Positions 48,570 through 58,520 of a stretch of 64,000 nucleotides of DNA are shown one piece after another (the first letter of the stretch is position 1; every line of letters begins with the position of its first letter). The position numbers and the translations under genes are program-made. The notes beneath the pieces are model-generated. The model had not been told where the DNA came from. It saw only the letters and a program-made list of their open reading frames with translations, and searched no databases. Source of the DNA: Coleofasciculus sp. B1-GNL1-01 (GTDB lineage Bacteria > Cyanobacteriota > Cyanobacteriia > Cyanobacteriales > Coleofasciculaceae); NCBI GenBank assembly GCA_040220235.1, contig JAVJTO010000053.1; one strand, 5' to 3'.

Positions 48570-50408
48570 ATGAAAACAGCGACGCGCCCAGAGGAATTAA
48601 CGGATTTAGGCAACTGCTTACAGGAGGACTTGCAGTCATACCTGCATGAGAGCATTCCTGTTCAAGTTCGGTGTCGGCGAAGTGATAAACGGTTAGCGAT
48701 TTGGGTACAGCATCCCGCCGAGGCGACGCTGGATCAAGATGAGATTCTCGCCTTTTTAGAACAAACGATCCGCAGCCAATATCCATTGGTGGCTCAACAA
48801 GCAAGAGTTAACCTGCTGCGAGCTGGAGAAAAAAAACCTTACATTTCGCGATCGCTTTCCCTTGATTTCTCTGAGCGTGAACCCGAAACCACAACCCCCT
48901 CTGACGCGGATTCGGTAGAAACGAACGCCACAGAGGAGACTAACCCCCCGTCTGAAACGGAAACTCCACAAAACTCAGACTCGGACGAAACACAAGCCGC
49001 CTCATCCCATCCGTGGGATCAACCGATTCCGGAGGTAAACGATGAAGAGGAAGCCGATGAGTCAGAATCTGAACAACCGCCGTCAGTCAAGCTCAGGTTA
49101 AAATCATCCTGGTTACCTTTGGTAGTAGCGGGTGCTGGGTTGAGTCTGGTGGTTTTCTTTAGTACGCTTTATGTCCTGACTCGTCCTTGTGTCATGGGTA
49201 AATGCACGGTTTTGCCAGAAGCGGAACAGTTAAGTCAGACATCAGCAGAAACCCTGCAAAACCCAGAATCGGGAAAAGCGGTTTTGGAAGCCCAGGAGCA
49301 GTTACAAGAAGCGATTCAATTAGTAGCGGCGATTCCGCCTTGGTCCGGTTACCGCCGCCAAGCACAACAACAACTCCAAGTCTATCAGTCTCAATCCGAA
49401 ACCGTGGCGGATATGGTGGAGGCACTGAAAACGGCAGCTAGAGCCGGGTATGAGAGCCAAAACCCGCCGCATCCGGAATCGAAGTGGCGGGAAGTTCAGA
49501 ACCTCTGGCGAGACGCGATCGCGAAATTGGAACAGCTACCCACCGATAGCAATCTTCAACCTTTAGCCAAAGCCAAAATTAAGGCGTATAAGACGAATTT
49601 AGAGGAAATTAATCAGCGACTCCTTAAGGAACGAAAAGCTCAGGAACATTTAAACGCGGCTCAAGAAGCGGCGCGGATGGCTGAGGTGCGTCAAGGTATT
49701 GCCCAATCCTTATCAGACTGGCAATTAGTTTATGCCACTTGGCAAGCGTCGATGCGGCGTCTTAAACAGATTCCCCAAGGGACAACTCCTTATGAAGAAG
49801 CCCAAGAGTTATTGGCGCTGTATTTACCCAAACTTGCCAAAGCCCGCGATCGCAAAACTCAAGAACAAATTTCTGCCAATGCCTATAATCAAGGCGTGCG
49901 GTTAGCTCAACTGGCGACGGATTCTCAAAGCGATAAGCAATGGTCAGTCGCTCTGGTTCACTGGCGCAATGCCTTAACCTATGTCAATCAGGTACCCCAA
50001 GAGACCTATTACTATGCTAAGGCACAATCTTTGGTTGAACCCTACCGAGGTGCGCTTAAACAGGCTCAAAACCAGCTTCAGTTAGCCGTCAAGATGCAAC
50101 AAGCCCGTCGGGATCTTAATCAAACCTGTTCAGGGACACCCAAAATCTGTACCTATACCATTGACAATCAGATGATCAAGGTGCGGTTAACCCCTGCTTA
50201 CGTCCAGATGGTGCAACAAGGGGCAATGATAGCTAAAGCCCAAGGCGACTCAGATACTCATGCAGGTCTTGTGAATCACATTTTGACCTTGGGAGAAGCG
50301 TTGGAAGTGATTAGCGATAATGCCCAATTGCGAGTAGAGGTTTATACACCAGAGGGTGTGATGATTCAATCCCATAATCCAGCTCAGTCAGTCGGTGGGG
50401 ATAATTAG
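48570..50408 (+). CDS. Hypothetical single-pass membrane protein with helical (TPR-like) repeats
   Basis: Acidic linker, one TM helix, repeated W..A...L..IP..T..Y..AQ pattern. Confidence 0.75.
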   Translation: MKTATRPEELTDLGNCLQEDLQSYLHESIPVQVRCRRSDKRLAIWVQHPAEATLDQDEILAFLEQTIRSQYPLVAQQARVNLLRAGEKKPYISRSLSLDFSEREPETTTPSDADSVETNATEETNPPSETETPQNSDSDETQAASSHPWDQPIPEVNDEEEADESESEQPPSVKLRLKSSWLPLVVAGAGLSLVVFFSTLYVLTRPCVMGKCTVLPEAEQLSQTSAETLQNPESGKAVLEAQEQLQEAIQLVAAIPPWSGYRRQAQQQLQVYQSQSETVADMVEALKTAARAGYESQNPPHPESKWREVQNLWRDAIAKLEQLPTDSNLQPLAKAKIKAYKTNLEEINQRLLKERKAQEHLNAAQEAARMAEVRQGIAQSLSDWQLVYATWQASMRRLKQIPQGTTPYEEAQELLALYLPKLAKARDRKTQEQISANAYNQGVRLAQLATDSQSDKQWSVALVHWRNALTYVNQVPQETYYYAKAQSLVEPYRGALKQAQNQLQLAVKMQQARRDLNQTCSGTPKICTYTIDNQMIKVRLTPAYVQMVQQGAMIAKAQGDSDTHAGLVNHILTLGEALEVISDNAQLRVEVYTPEGVMIQSHNPAQSVGGDN

Positions 50409-50500
50409 GGTCTGCTGAATAAGTGTTGTGGTGAGGGGAAGCTGGGGGAGCTGGGGGAGCTGGGGAAGCTGGGGAAGCTGGGGGAGCTGGGGAAGCAAGG
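50406..50500 (+). mobile_element. MITE end TAGGGTCTGCTGAATAA plus (GGGAAGCTG)n
   Basis: Same terminus family; its TAG is the stop codon of the upstream gene. Confidence 0.7.
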
Positions 50501-51166
50501 GTACATTTTCCCTGAGCAAGGTGATGCCATACTTAACGTTAATGGCTAGCGTTAATGGCTAGAATTGTCATTTGTCATTCGTTTAAATTGTAGCGGCGAT
50601 CGCAGGTTTTTATTAAAACAATACGCCTGTTCTATGTCAGAAGCGGCTTGGCGAAATGAGCCGACTTTCTGGCTGGAAGAGGATGATCTTGGTAACTGTA
50701 CAATCAGACTTTTAGTCTTGCCTTGAACTCAAGTATTTTAAGGAATACAGTGTAATATAACAAAATATTAATTTCAGTAACAAAATACAAAATAATTGGA
50801 GTTTAGGTCACTCTTAAACCTTAAGATACCTAGTAGCGTTAGCTGAAAAGCCACGCTTCTACGATCCAAAAACTCAAAAAGGATTATCCTCCTGAAAAGA
50901 TAGTCTTTCTTTGCGCCTTCTGGCACGAAGCCAATTAGACCCACTTCAGTGAGTTTAAATGATTTGTGAAAACAGAGGCAGCGGAAAAGGGTGCTATTTC
51001 CCAACTGAGGGAAATTTCATTGGATATAGATATCTGCATGTTGAAAACACAACAAAATCGATGAAAAAGGCTAAGTAATAGGCTATAGCAAGACGAGTGA
51101 TTTAGATAATTTATCAATTATTTTTATCGAAATTATAACGATCAAATTACTTTCTATGGACTTGAA

Positions 51167-52171
51167 ATGATACAGAAAACTCAACCGTTACACTTATCTA
51201 AATCTCAGCTCAATCCTAGTCCAACGATGATGGCGATCATTGCAATATTTACCGCCATCGTGGCTTTATCCCTTGCGGCTATATTTATCCGATTGAGTGA
51301 ACGAGAACTTGGTCCATTTGCCACCATCTTTAATCGCTTCTGGATTGCCTTTATCGTCTTATGGCTATTGAACCAGTCAAAGGCGCGATCGCAACACGAT
51401 GAAAAATCGTCTATACCTAAGTCAGAGTATACGCTTCGCGATTGGATCATGTTGATCGCGGCTGGCGTTATGTTTTGGGGATGTTTGGCACTTTGGGCAT
51501 GGTCTCTCACCCAAACAGGTGTTGCCAATTCCACCATCTTACATAACCTGACTCCCTTGTTTACGACCCTGGGAGTATGGTTGATATTCGGTCAACACTT
51601 TGACAATCGGTTTCTGATTGGGTTGATGATGGCAATGGTGGGAGCAACTGCCCTAGGACTTGATGATTTACAAGTCGCAACCGATAACTTTGCCGGAGAT
51701 ATTGCCGCGTTGTTATCCGCCCTGTTTTCCGCCGCCAACTTGATGCTGATTGAAAAACTGCGTGCTAAGTGGGATGCCACAAATATTATTATGTGGTGCT
51801 GCTTAGTGGGAACAGTGGTAACCTTACCCGTTGTCCTGCTAGCTGAAGACAGACTGTTCCCGATTTCGGGTTCAGGATGGTTATCGGTTATCGGTTTAGC
51901 GGTTGTCTGTCAAGTTGTTGGTCAAGGACTTCAGGCATATAGCCTCAAACGCTTGTCTTCTGGCTTAGTGGGTGTGTTCCTGCTCCTTGATCCGGTACTA
52001 GCGGCTTTGGTGGCGTGGGTTCTGTTTGCAGAACACTTAAGTCTGTTTAACGGATTCGCGTTTGCTGTGGTTTTACTTGGCATTTATATCGCTAAATCAA
52101 GTCACTACGCTTCTCAAGTTATGGAAAAGGACTCCCAACCCAGGCTTTGTGTAGCCGCTAAACCATCTTGA
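51167..52171 (+). CDS. DMT/EamA family transporter
   Basis: About 10 TM segments in two repeats; LTPLFTTL, LLLDPVLAAL. Confidence 0.92.
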   Translation: MIQKTQPLHLSKSQLNPSPTMMAIIAIFTAIVALSLAAIFIRLSERELGPFATIFNRFWIAFIVLWLLNQSKARSQHDEKSSIPKSEYTLRDWIMLIAAGVMFWGCLALWAWSLTQTGVANSTILHNLTPLFTTLGVWLIFGQHFDNRFLIGLMMAMVGATALGLDDLQVATDNFAGDIAALLSALFSAANLMLIEKLRAKWDATNIIMWCCLVGTVVTLPVVLLAEDRLFPISGSGWLSVIGLAVVCQVVGQGLQAYSLKRLSSGLVGVFLLLDPVLAALVAWVLFAEHLSLFNGFAFAVVLLGIYIAKSSHYASQVMEKDSQPRLCVAAKPS

Positions 52172-52222
52172 ACCCGTTAGGGTAAAATGAGTATGAACAA
52201 TAGTTACAAGGATTAAAGTTCT

Positions 52223-52342
52223 ATGACGCCCTCATTAGCCAATTTTTTATGGAGTCTGGTTCTGGGTGGAGTGATTGTAGTGGTTCCCGCCACCGTTGCT
52301 TTGATCTTTATCAGCCAGAAGGATAAAATCCAACGCTCTTAA
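52223..52342 (+). CDS. psbX: Photosystem II protein X (39 aa; absent from the ORF track)
   Basis: Hand translation [39 protein letters not shown]; upstream of ycf66. Confidence 0.95.
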   Translation: MTPSLANFLWSLVLGGVIVVVPATVALIFISQKDKIQRS

Positions 52343-52377
52343 GCTTGGGAGCGTCATTTGTTAACCGCCCGTCAAGG

Positions 52378-52411
52378 AACAGGGTAGCCCAGCCAGTCGC
52401 TACCCTGTTTT
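52378..52411 (+). terminator. Intrinsic terminator after psbX
   Basis: AACAGGGTAGC...GCTACCCTGTT plus T run. Confidence 0.75.
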
Positions 52412-52567
52412 CGCGCTCTAGCTAGCTGAACCTAGACTTTTGGGTAAAATGAGCTAGGACAGGAAGCCGTACCATCCCAATTGGGTAAACAAATTTTGAC
52501 ATAGCCAGTTAAGGTAGAGATTTATCGGCAAAACTCGCTACCATAGGACTGACTTAGGAGAGCAGCA

Positions 52568-53392
52568 ATGGTAAATTTTGGGCTGAACTCAGCCAGTATT
52601 CTGGGTATTTTCTTGGCAGTTGCCGGAGCAGGGCTTTATTTCCTGCGATCGGTACGTCCGGAGTTAGCACGAGATCATGATATATTCTTCGCCGCTGTCG
52701 GACTCTTGTGCGGCTTTATTTTGGTATTTCAGGGATGGCGACTTGATCCGATTCTCCAGTTTGGTCAGTTTCTGTTAACGGGTTCTGTGATTTTCTTCGC
52801 GGTTGAAACCCTGCGTCTACGGGGGATCACCACCGAACAAGCCAAGCGCAATACAAAAGTTGTCGATGACGAACGCCCGGTGAGCAACGTTTATCGTCAG
52901 GTAGCTGAACTCGATGAACTCGAACCGATAGAAGAGGAAGATCCCTACATTGGGCGTCGCCTGCGGGGAACAGCCGATTCTCGCTATAGCCGCAGCGACC
53001 GATACGAAGCCGAGGATCGTCGTCCGAGAAGTCGCAGCGTCTACGATGATTTCCCCCCAGAAGAACGCACCCGTCAACGCCGTTCACGCCCTGTGACTCG
53101 TTCGTCAAGACCGCCTGCGGACAGATGGGAGGCTGATGTAGATAATGACTGGGATGATAGACCCACTCCTCCTAGTCGTCGTTCTCGCCCTTCACGTCCA
53201 TCAAGTCGCAATCCTGAACCTGACCCCGACTATCCGCCCAGAAGAAAGCGTCGTCCTCCCCAAGCATCAACGGTATCTGTGGCAGATCAAGAGGTAGAAC
53301 CGCCTGCCAACGACTATGTGGATTATAAACCCATTGATCCCTTGGAGGACGAAGACGAGGACGACTACATGCCTAGAGGTTCAGAATACTAA
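52568..53392 (+). CDS. ycf66: Ycf66 family protein
   Basis: RPELARDHDIFF, QGWRLDPILQFGQFLL; low-complexity R/P/D tail. Confidence 0.93.
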   Translation: MVNFGLNSASILGIFLAVAGAGLYFLRSVRPELARDHDIFFAAVGLLCGFILVFQGWRLDPILQFGQFLLTGSVIFFAVETLRLRGITTEQAKRNTKVVDDERPVSNVYRQVAELDELEPIEEEDPYIGRRLRGTADSRYSRSDRYEAEDRRPRSRSVYDDFPPEERTRQRRSRPVTRSSRPPADRWEADVDNDWDDRPTPPSRRSRPSRPSSRNPEPDPDYPPRRKRRPPQASTVSVADQEVEPPANDYVDYKPIDPLEDEDEDDYMPRGSEY

Positions 53393-53446
53393 GTCCAAGA
53401 AGGCATGCCAAATGAGTAGAGTTGGGTTTAGTTCCTGAACCCAACC

Positions 53447-53569
53447 TACTGGCGTAGCACACCTTATTTGATGAATTAGAATTACGCCCGGAAACTGTAG
53501 GGGCGCAAAGACTTGCGCCCGATTCAATGATAAAATCTAATCCACAACTTTAGCTGTGTCAGTCCACTA
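53447..53569. mobile_element. MITE, second copy of the 12940-13075 family
   Basis: TACTGGCGT.GCA.ACCTTATTTGATGAATTAGA and CCACAA.TTTAGCTGTGTCAGTCCA.TA ends. Confidence 0.75.
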
Positions 53570-53589
53570 CAAATTATAGGCTTCCTGGT

Positions 53590-54192
53590 TTAATTAGTCG
53601 CTAAAGCCGCGTTTAACAAAATAGCCAGAACAGAACGAATCGCTCGCAGTTCTTCCGGCGGTTCCCGTAAAAACTCAAAATTACTGGCACTAATTAAAGC
53701 ATTGTACGCTTCAACCACAGCCGCAAACTGCTCAGGATCAACGGTGCAACCTTCTGTCAATCGGGTTAAGCTAGTCGCTAAATTCTGAGCCAGGGTCGGA
53801 TTCGCCCCGGCATTCACTAGGGCATTTTGAATTTGGTTGACTCCTGCATTAACGTTGCCTGTTCGAGTCAAAACAAGGTCTAAGTTTTCCTGAACTGGTG
53901 ATGGAATGGGAGACGTGTCATTACCAACACCAGGCAAATTCTGCTGGGCAAGTCGTTCATTCACTAGACAAGCGGCGTCTTCCACATTCGCTTGTATCTC
54001 AGATGTTCTATATCCGATAACGAGTTCACCACCTTCACCTGGAGCAAAACCGCCCACGATGTCACTGGTGGTAATAATATTGCCCGTAACATCTGATAGG
54101 ACAGGCTTGGCTTGGCTCGATGCCGTCATCGATAAAATTCCTGCGACTCCCACAGCTAAACCTAGTCCAAACTGAAACGCAAAATGCCTCAT
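53590..54192 (-). CDS. Secreted hypothetical protein
   Basis: Signal peptide ending SQA; helical body; GGAG RBS. Confidence 0.7.
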   Translation of the reverse strand: MRHFAFQFGLGLAVGVAGILSMTASSQAKPVLSDVTGNIITTSDIVGGFAPGEGGELVIGYRTSEIQANVEDAACLVNERLAQQNLPGVGNDTSPIPSPVQENLDLVLTRTGNVNAGVNQIQNALVNAGANPTLAQNLATSLTRLTEGCTVDPEQFAAVVEAYNALISASNFEFLREPPEELRAIRSVLAILLNAALATN

Positions 54193-54394
54193 TGTTCTAC
54201 TCCTGATCTAACTAACGTTTGTATCGTTACTCCCTTCCCGGTCTCAGATTACCTCCCACCCGCTAGCTCAAACCCTAATTGTGAAGGAAAACTTAATGGT
54301 ATTCTTCTGGCGGGATGGGAGTAGAAAGGTAATCGGATAGTCTTACTATGCCCTTACGCCAAGAATTGGAGGTGAATCAATCTGTACTTTCTTT

Positions 54395-56083
54395 TTAGAA
54401 CGATAGTCCATAACCAATCCCCAAAATGAACCGAGGCTCATCGCCAGCGTTACCCGTCACATCAGCCACAGCCGGAGTAATCACCAGAGGAACACCCTGA
54501 ATCGGTACAATTGAAGCGCCTAAATACAAATCTTGACCCGTCCAATCGGCAATTAAAGTAACAGGTTCTACAACTTGTAGACCAACACTACCGAAGACAT
54601 TTGTTGTACCGTCTTTATCCTCAATAGCTTCTTCAGAACGGAAACGTCCCCCACCCAGACCAACGGAAGCAGTCAGCCGACCAAAGGGATCATTTGGATT
54701 TTCCCGCAAACGGAAAACTTTACTGACAACGCCATAAACACTCTGGTCGCCATCCGTGTTACCCCAAACAATGGCATTCTCTACACCAACTGCTACAGCG
54801 AGATCATCACCAATTAAGCGGTGAAGTTTGAAACTAACTCCGCCATCTTCAAAGGTATCGCCAAATAAGTCATAAATTGAAACAGCGGTTTCTAGAGCAA
54901 CGATTCTCCTCGCATCACCGACGCCAAAACCGACCACAACAGCACCATCGTCTTCATCGAAAAACCGCACTTGCTCTTGATAGGTAGCACCGAAGAATAT
55001 ATTCCCCGTTTGAGCGCCAAACGCTGTTGGAGTATTAATACTGGAACCCCCGCGCACAATCCGACGCAATTGTTCTTCCACAGGCGGGGCTGGCAAGAGA
55101 TACTGCCGTCGCAAAGCCGCAACTTGTTCCGGTGTCGGTGGTGGTGGTTCTTGGGCAATGGGTTCGTACCCGACAATGTAACGACTTGCCACAGTGGTGG
55201 GCGGAATTTGGGGTAATTGATTTTGGCTGACTAAGGATTGGTAAATAAAGGCAGCTACATCGGCACGAGTGGCAGTCTGATTCGGATTCAAGAACGCCAC
55301 ATTCGGATAATTCACCACCATCTGATTCACTGTGGCGGCGGCGATGTTATTCTGCGCCCAGTCAGGAATTTGAGCAGCATCCTGAAAGGTTTGATTCAAT
55401 ATGGCTGTGGTTTGAGCGGGAGCCGATAAATCCAACCCACTGACTAATGCCACTAGCACTTGCACACGGGGGATATTTTGATCGGGAAGGAAAATATTAT
55501 TGGGATATCCTTCCATAAATCCCATGCGATATGCTTCTTGAATGGCTTCCAATGCCCAGAAGTTAGCTGGGATATCTGAAAACTGAGTGGCTGGACGTTC
55601 TAGGGGTTGGTTAAACGCCTGACGAATCATTGCCGCAAACTGAGCGCGGGTAACGGGGGCGTTCGGTCGAAATGTTCCATCCGGAAATCCCTGAATGATT
55701 CCCCGTGAAGCTAGACCTTCGATAAAGGCTTGCGCCCAATTGCCTTGAATATCTGGAAAGGTTGTAGCTTGAACGATTTGCCTACCCCGACTAGGCGTCG
55801 ATTTCGGTGCTGTTTGGGCAGGTTGAGTTGTATTTGGGGCAGAGTTTTGGGGGCGCAGGGCATCAGCCCCCAGCATGTTATTTAGGAGTGATTCTCCTAA
55901 TGAGCCTTTTTGATTGGCTTGTGGGTTGGTTTGCGCTTGGGCAATACTCTCAGGACTGGCGATGTTAGTTGCCACACTGAGTAAGGTGCTGCCCACCACT
56001 GAACCAATGACAATATATCCCCAATGGTGCATAGTTTTGCCGATTGGCTGAAAACAACCCTTAAACCTATATCTCCTCATCAC
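54395..56083 (-). CDS. SLH-domain protein with a probable C-terminal beta-barrel
   Basis: Three SLH repeats (FPDIQGNWA..GFPDGTFRPNAPVTRAQFA; TRADVAA); alternating strands; terminal Phe. Confidence 0.85.
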   Translation of the reverse strand: MMRRYRFKGCFQPIGKTMHHWGYIVIGSVVGSTLLSVATNIASPESIAQAQTNPQANQKGSLGESLLNNMLGADALRPQNSAPNTTQPAQTAPKSTPSRGRQIVQATTFPDIQGNWAQAFIEGLASRGIIQGFPDGTFRPNAPVTRAQFAAMIRQAFNQPLERPATQFSDIPANFWALEAIQEAYRMGFMEGYPNNIFLPDQNIPRVQVLVALVSGLDLSAPAQTTAILNQTFQDAAQIPDWAQNNIAAATVNQMVVNYPNVAFLNPNQTATRADVAAFIYQSLVSQNQLPQIPPTTVASRYIVGYEPIAQEPPPPTPEQVAALRRQYLLPAPPVEEQLRRIVRGGSSINTPTAFGAQTGNIFFGATYQEQVRFFDEDDGAVVVGFGVGDARRIVALETAVSIYDLFGDTFEDGGVSFKLHRLIGDDLAVAVGVENAIVWGNTDGDQSVYGVVSKVFRLRENPNDPFGRLTASVGLGGGRFRSEEAIEDKDGTTNVFGSVGLQVVEPVTLIADWTGQDLYLGASIVPIQGVPLVITPAVADVTGNAGDEPRFILGIGYGLSF

Positions 56084-56460
56084 TTTTGCTATGCTCCCGA
56101 AGCTGAGTTGTTAACTCAAAGGTACATGAGTTTTGCTGATTAATGCCTTAATTTATCTAAAAATTAGCGTGAATACTTCTGTTGTAACCCGACAGGGTTT
56201 AAGGGAAGTCTCCATGTCAATACACAATAATAGCTAAAATGTCAAGCATTATCGAACGTAATTACCGATTTCGTTTTGATCTGGTGTGACACCTTCAGGC
56301 TGATTAAATGTTAATTTAACCATAGTAAGCTAGCTTTGGCTAAAATGACATAGGGTTTTGAGTACGGGGGTTTCCTTGCCAATTGAGGGAATACAGTTGT
56401 TGATTGTTGCCAGCGGGTCGCCCGGCGGACAAAAGGTTGCCTGCTACCCCGTTGCCTAAC

Positions 56461-56588
56461 TAGGGTCTGCTGAATAAGTCTTGTGGTGGGGTTAGAGAGC
56501 AGAGGAAGCAGAGGAAGCAGAGGGAGCATTTTCTCTACGGCTCCAAGTTTTGATAGCTAAAGGTTTCGGCTTTGTGCAGCAAGCCCTA
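56461..56588. mobile_element. Complete MITE with imperfect TIRs TAGGGTCTGCTGAATAA / TTTGTGCAGCAAGCCCTA and an internal 9-mer array
   Basis: Both ends visible. Confidence 0.75.
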
Positions 56589-57830
56589 ACTAGACACGGT
56601 TTTGGCTGTGATAGAGGTAGGTAGCTCAATCCGAAATTCTGTATCCTTACCGGGTTCTGAAAAACATTGAAGTGAACCTTTATGCTGTCCGACAATAATT
56701 TGGTAACTAATAGCTAGTCCTAAGCCAGTACCCATACCAATCGGTTTGGTGGTGAAAAAGGGATCAAAGATACGGGCTTTAACCTCTGAGGGGATGTGAG
56801 ACCCGTTATTGGCAATGCGAATCCTAATACGCTTATTGTCGAATTGTTCCGTCCGGAGACTAATCCGAGCGGGCATTGTACCTGGCTGATCTCTAATGGC
56901 GTCAATGGCATTGTTCAGAATATTCAGAAACACTTGATTTAACTGACAAGCATAACATTGAACTAAGGGTAAGTTGCCGTAGTCTTTGACTACCTCAATA
57001 TTCAATTCCGGTTGATTCGATTGTAAGCGGTAGTGCAACATCAATAAGGTGTTATCCAGTTCTTGATTAATATCAACCGATTGCAAACCCGAACGATTTT
57101 GCCGGGAAAACTCTTGTAGAGAAAGAACCATCTTCTGGATGCGTTGGGTTCCTCGGCGCATTGATGATAAAACTTTCGGCAAGTCGTCAATGAGAAAGTT
57201 CAGATCGATGGTTTCAATTTTGTCAATCACATCGGGGGGAGGGTTAGGGGTGATTCCTTGGTAGAGATTGAGGAGTTCAATTAAGTCTTGGGTGTAGCGT
57301 TCAGCGTAACTGAGATTACTGTAAATAAAGGTGACGGGGTTGTTGAGTTCATGGGCTAATCCGGCGACAAGCTGCCATAAGCTTGCCATTTTTTCGGTTT
57401 GCACTAATTGTGCCTGAGTTTGTTGCAACTGTCGCAGGGCTTGACTTAACTGTTGAGTTAATTGGCGCGATCGCAACCCCGCCCTAACCCGTGCTAATAA
57501 CTCTTCCATATCAATGGGTTTGGAGATAAACTCATCAGCACCCGCATCTAAGCCTTGAACGCGATCGGTAATTTGATCGCGCATGGTGAGTAAAATAATA
57601 AACGTGGTTGCCAATTCTGGATCGCCTTTCACTTGCCGACAGACTTCTAGTCCATCTAGACGTGGCATAATCCAATCACATATAATCAAATCCGGATGGA
57701 ACAATTTAACCTGGCGTAGGGCTTCTTCTCCGTTTGGGGCGATCGCAACGTCGTGACTTTGACTCGTGAGTAGGTTTTTCAGCACAAGCTGAACCGTCAA
57801 ATCGTCATCAACCACTAAAATCTTCGCCAT
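56586..57830 (-). CDS. Hybrid response regulator/histidine kinase (REC-HisKA-HATPase)
   Basis: ILVVDDD, DWIMP, AHELNNP, NILNNAIDA, FFTTKPIGMGTGLGL. Confidence 0.95.
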   Translation of the reverse strand: MAKILVVDDDLTVQLVLKNLLTSQSHDVAIAPNGEEALRQVKLFHPDLIICDWIMPRLDGLEVCRQVKGDPELATTFIILLTMRDQITDRVQGLDAGADEFISKPIDMEELLARVRAGLRSRQLTQQLSQALRQLQQTQAQLVQTEKMASLWQLVAGLAHELNNPVTFIYSNLSYAERYTQDLIELLNLYQGITPNPPPDVIDKIETIDLNFLIDDLPKVLSSMRRGTQRIQKMVLSLQEFSRQNRSGLQSVDINQELDNTLLMLHYRLQSNQPELNIEVVKDYGNLPLVQCYACQLNQVFLNILNNAIDAIRDQPGTMPARISLRTEQFDNKRIRIRIANNGSHIPSEVKARIFDPFFTTKPIGMGTGLGLAISYQIIVGQHKGSLQCFSEPGKDTEFRIELPTSITAKTVSS

Positions 57831-57850
57831 AGCCGATTAACCGCAATGCT

Positions 57851-58258
57851 CTATTGGGGGAGTTGAGTAGAAACATAAGATTGTATCCCTAACCTCTGAC
57901 TCTCTAGTGCCATAATTAGATCGGTAGCACTGGACAAGTTCTCGGCTTTTGCCTGACGCTCCAATTCCATGGCGATCGCTTGGAGAGATGAAACACCCAC
58001 ATTAGCCGCCGCTCCTTTGAGCTGATGGGCGCATTTGGCGATCGTTGGATAATCATTGACAGCTTCAGCTTGTTTAATCGCGTCTAGGTTAAGGCGAATG
58101 ACCTCCAATAAGGCGACGAGCAGTTCACTTTTTAACTCCACTTCACCTAGACTCACTTCCTCTAAGCGATCAAAGTCAATCTCAATATCGTTGGTAGGAT
58201 GGATAGGTGAAAAATTCGATTCAGACAAAAAGCTTCTATTCCGATTTTTATTGGGCAT
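57851..58258 (-). CDS. Hpt phosphotransfer protein
   Basis: AHQLKGAAANVG motif. Confidence 0.9.
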   Translation of the reverse strand: MPNKNRNRSFLSESNFSPIHPTNDIEIDFDRLEEVSLGEVELKSELLVALLEVIRLNLDAIKQAEAVNDYPTIAKCAHQLKGAAANVGVSSLQAIAMELERQAKAENLSSATDLIMALESQRLGIQSYVSTQLPQ

Positions 58259-58382
58259 CAGTTAACTAGAATTTTACCATGAACTGATCACGCTGGTGGT
58301 TCAGTGGAAATGCAGGGAAGCTGAGGGACTCCAGGTACAGGGGGCGCAGCGAAGTCTCGTAGTTCATCTGCCAACTGAGTAA

Positions 58383-58446
58383 GGGCGGGTTTTGCACAAA
58401 TGTTACCATCAATAGCCAACAGAAAGTCCCCAAACCCGCCCCTACA
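58383..58446. repeat. REP doublet
   Basis: Closely similar to 40255-40318, including the spacer. Confidence 0.85.
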
Positions 58447-58520
58447 AGTATCACGAATCACCTGTTCCCCTGAGATTCCCGACGCCTTAATTAAATCGGG
58501 GATGGGGTGAGAAAGTCAGT

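Noticed and set aside
50600..51160. AT-rich spacer with short minus-strand ORFs
   Set aside because: No recognisable motif or structure; probably promoter DNA
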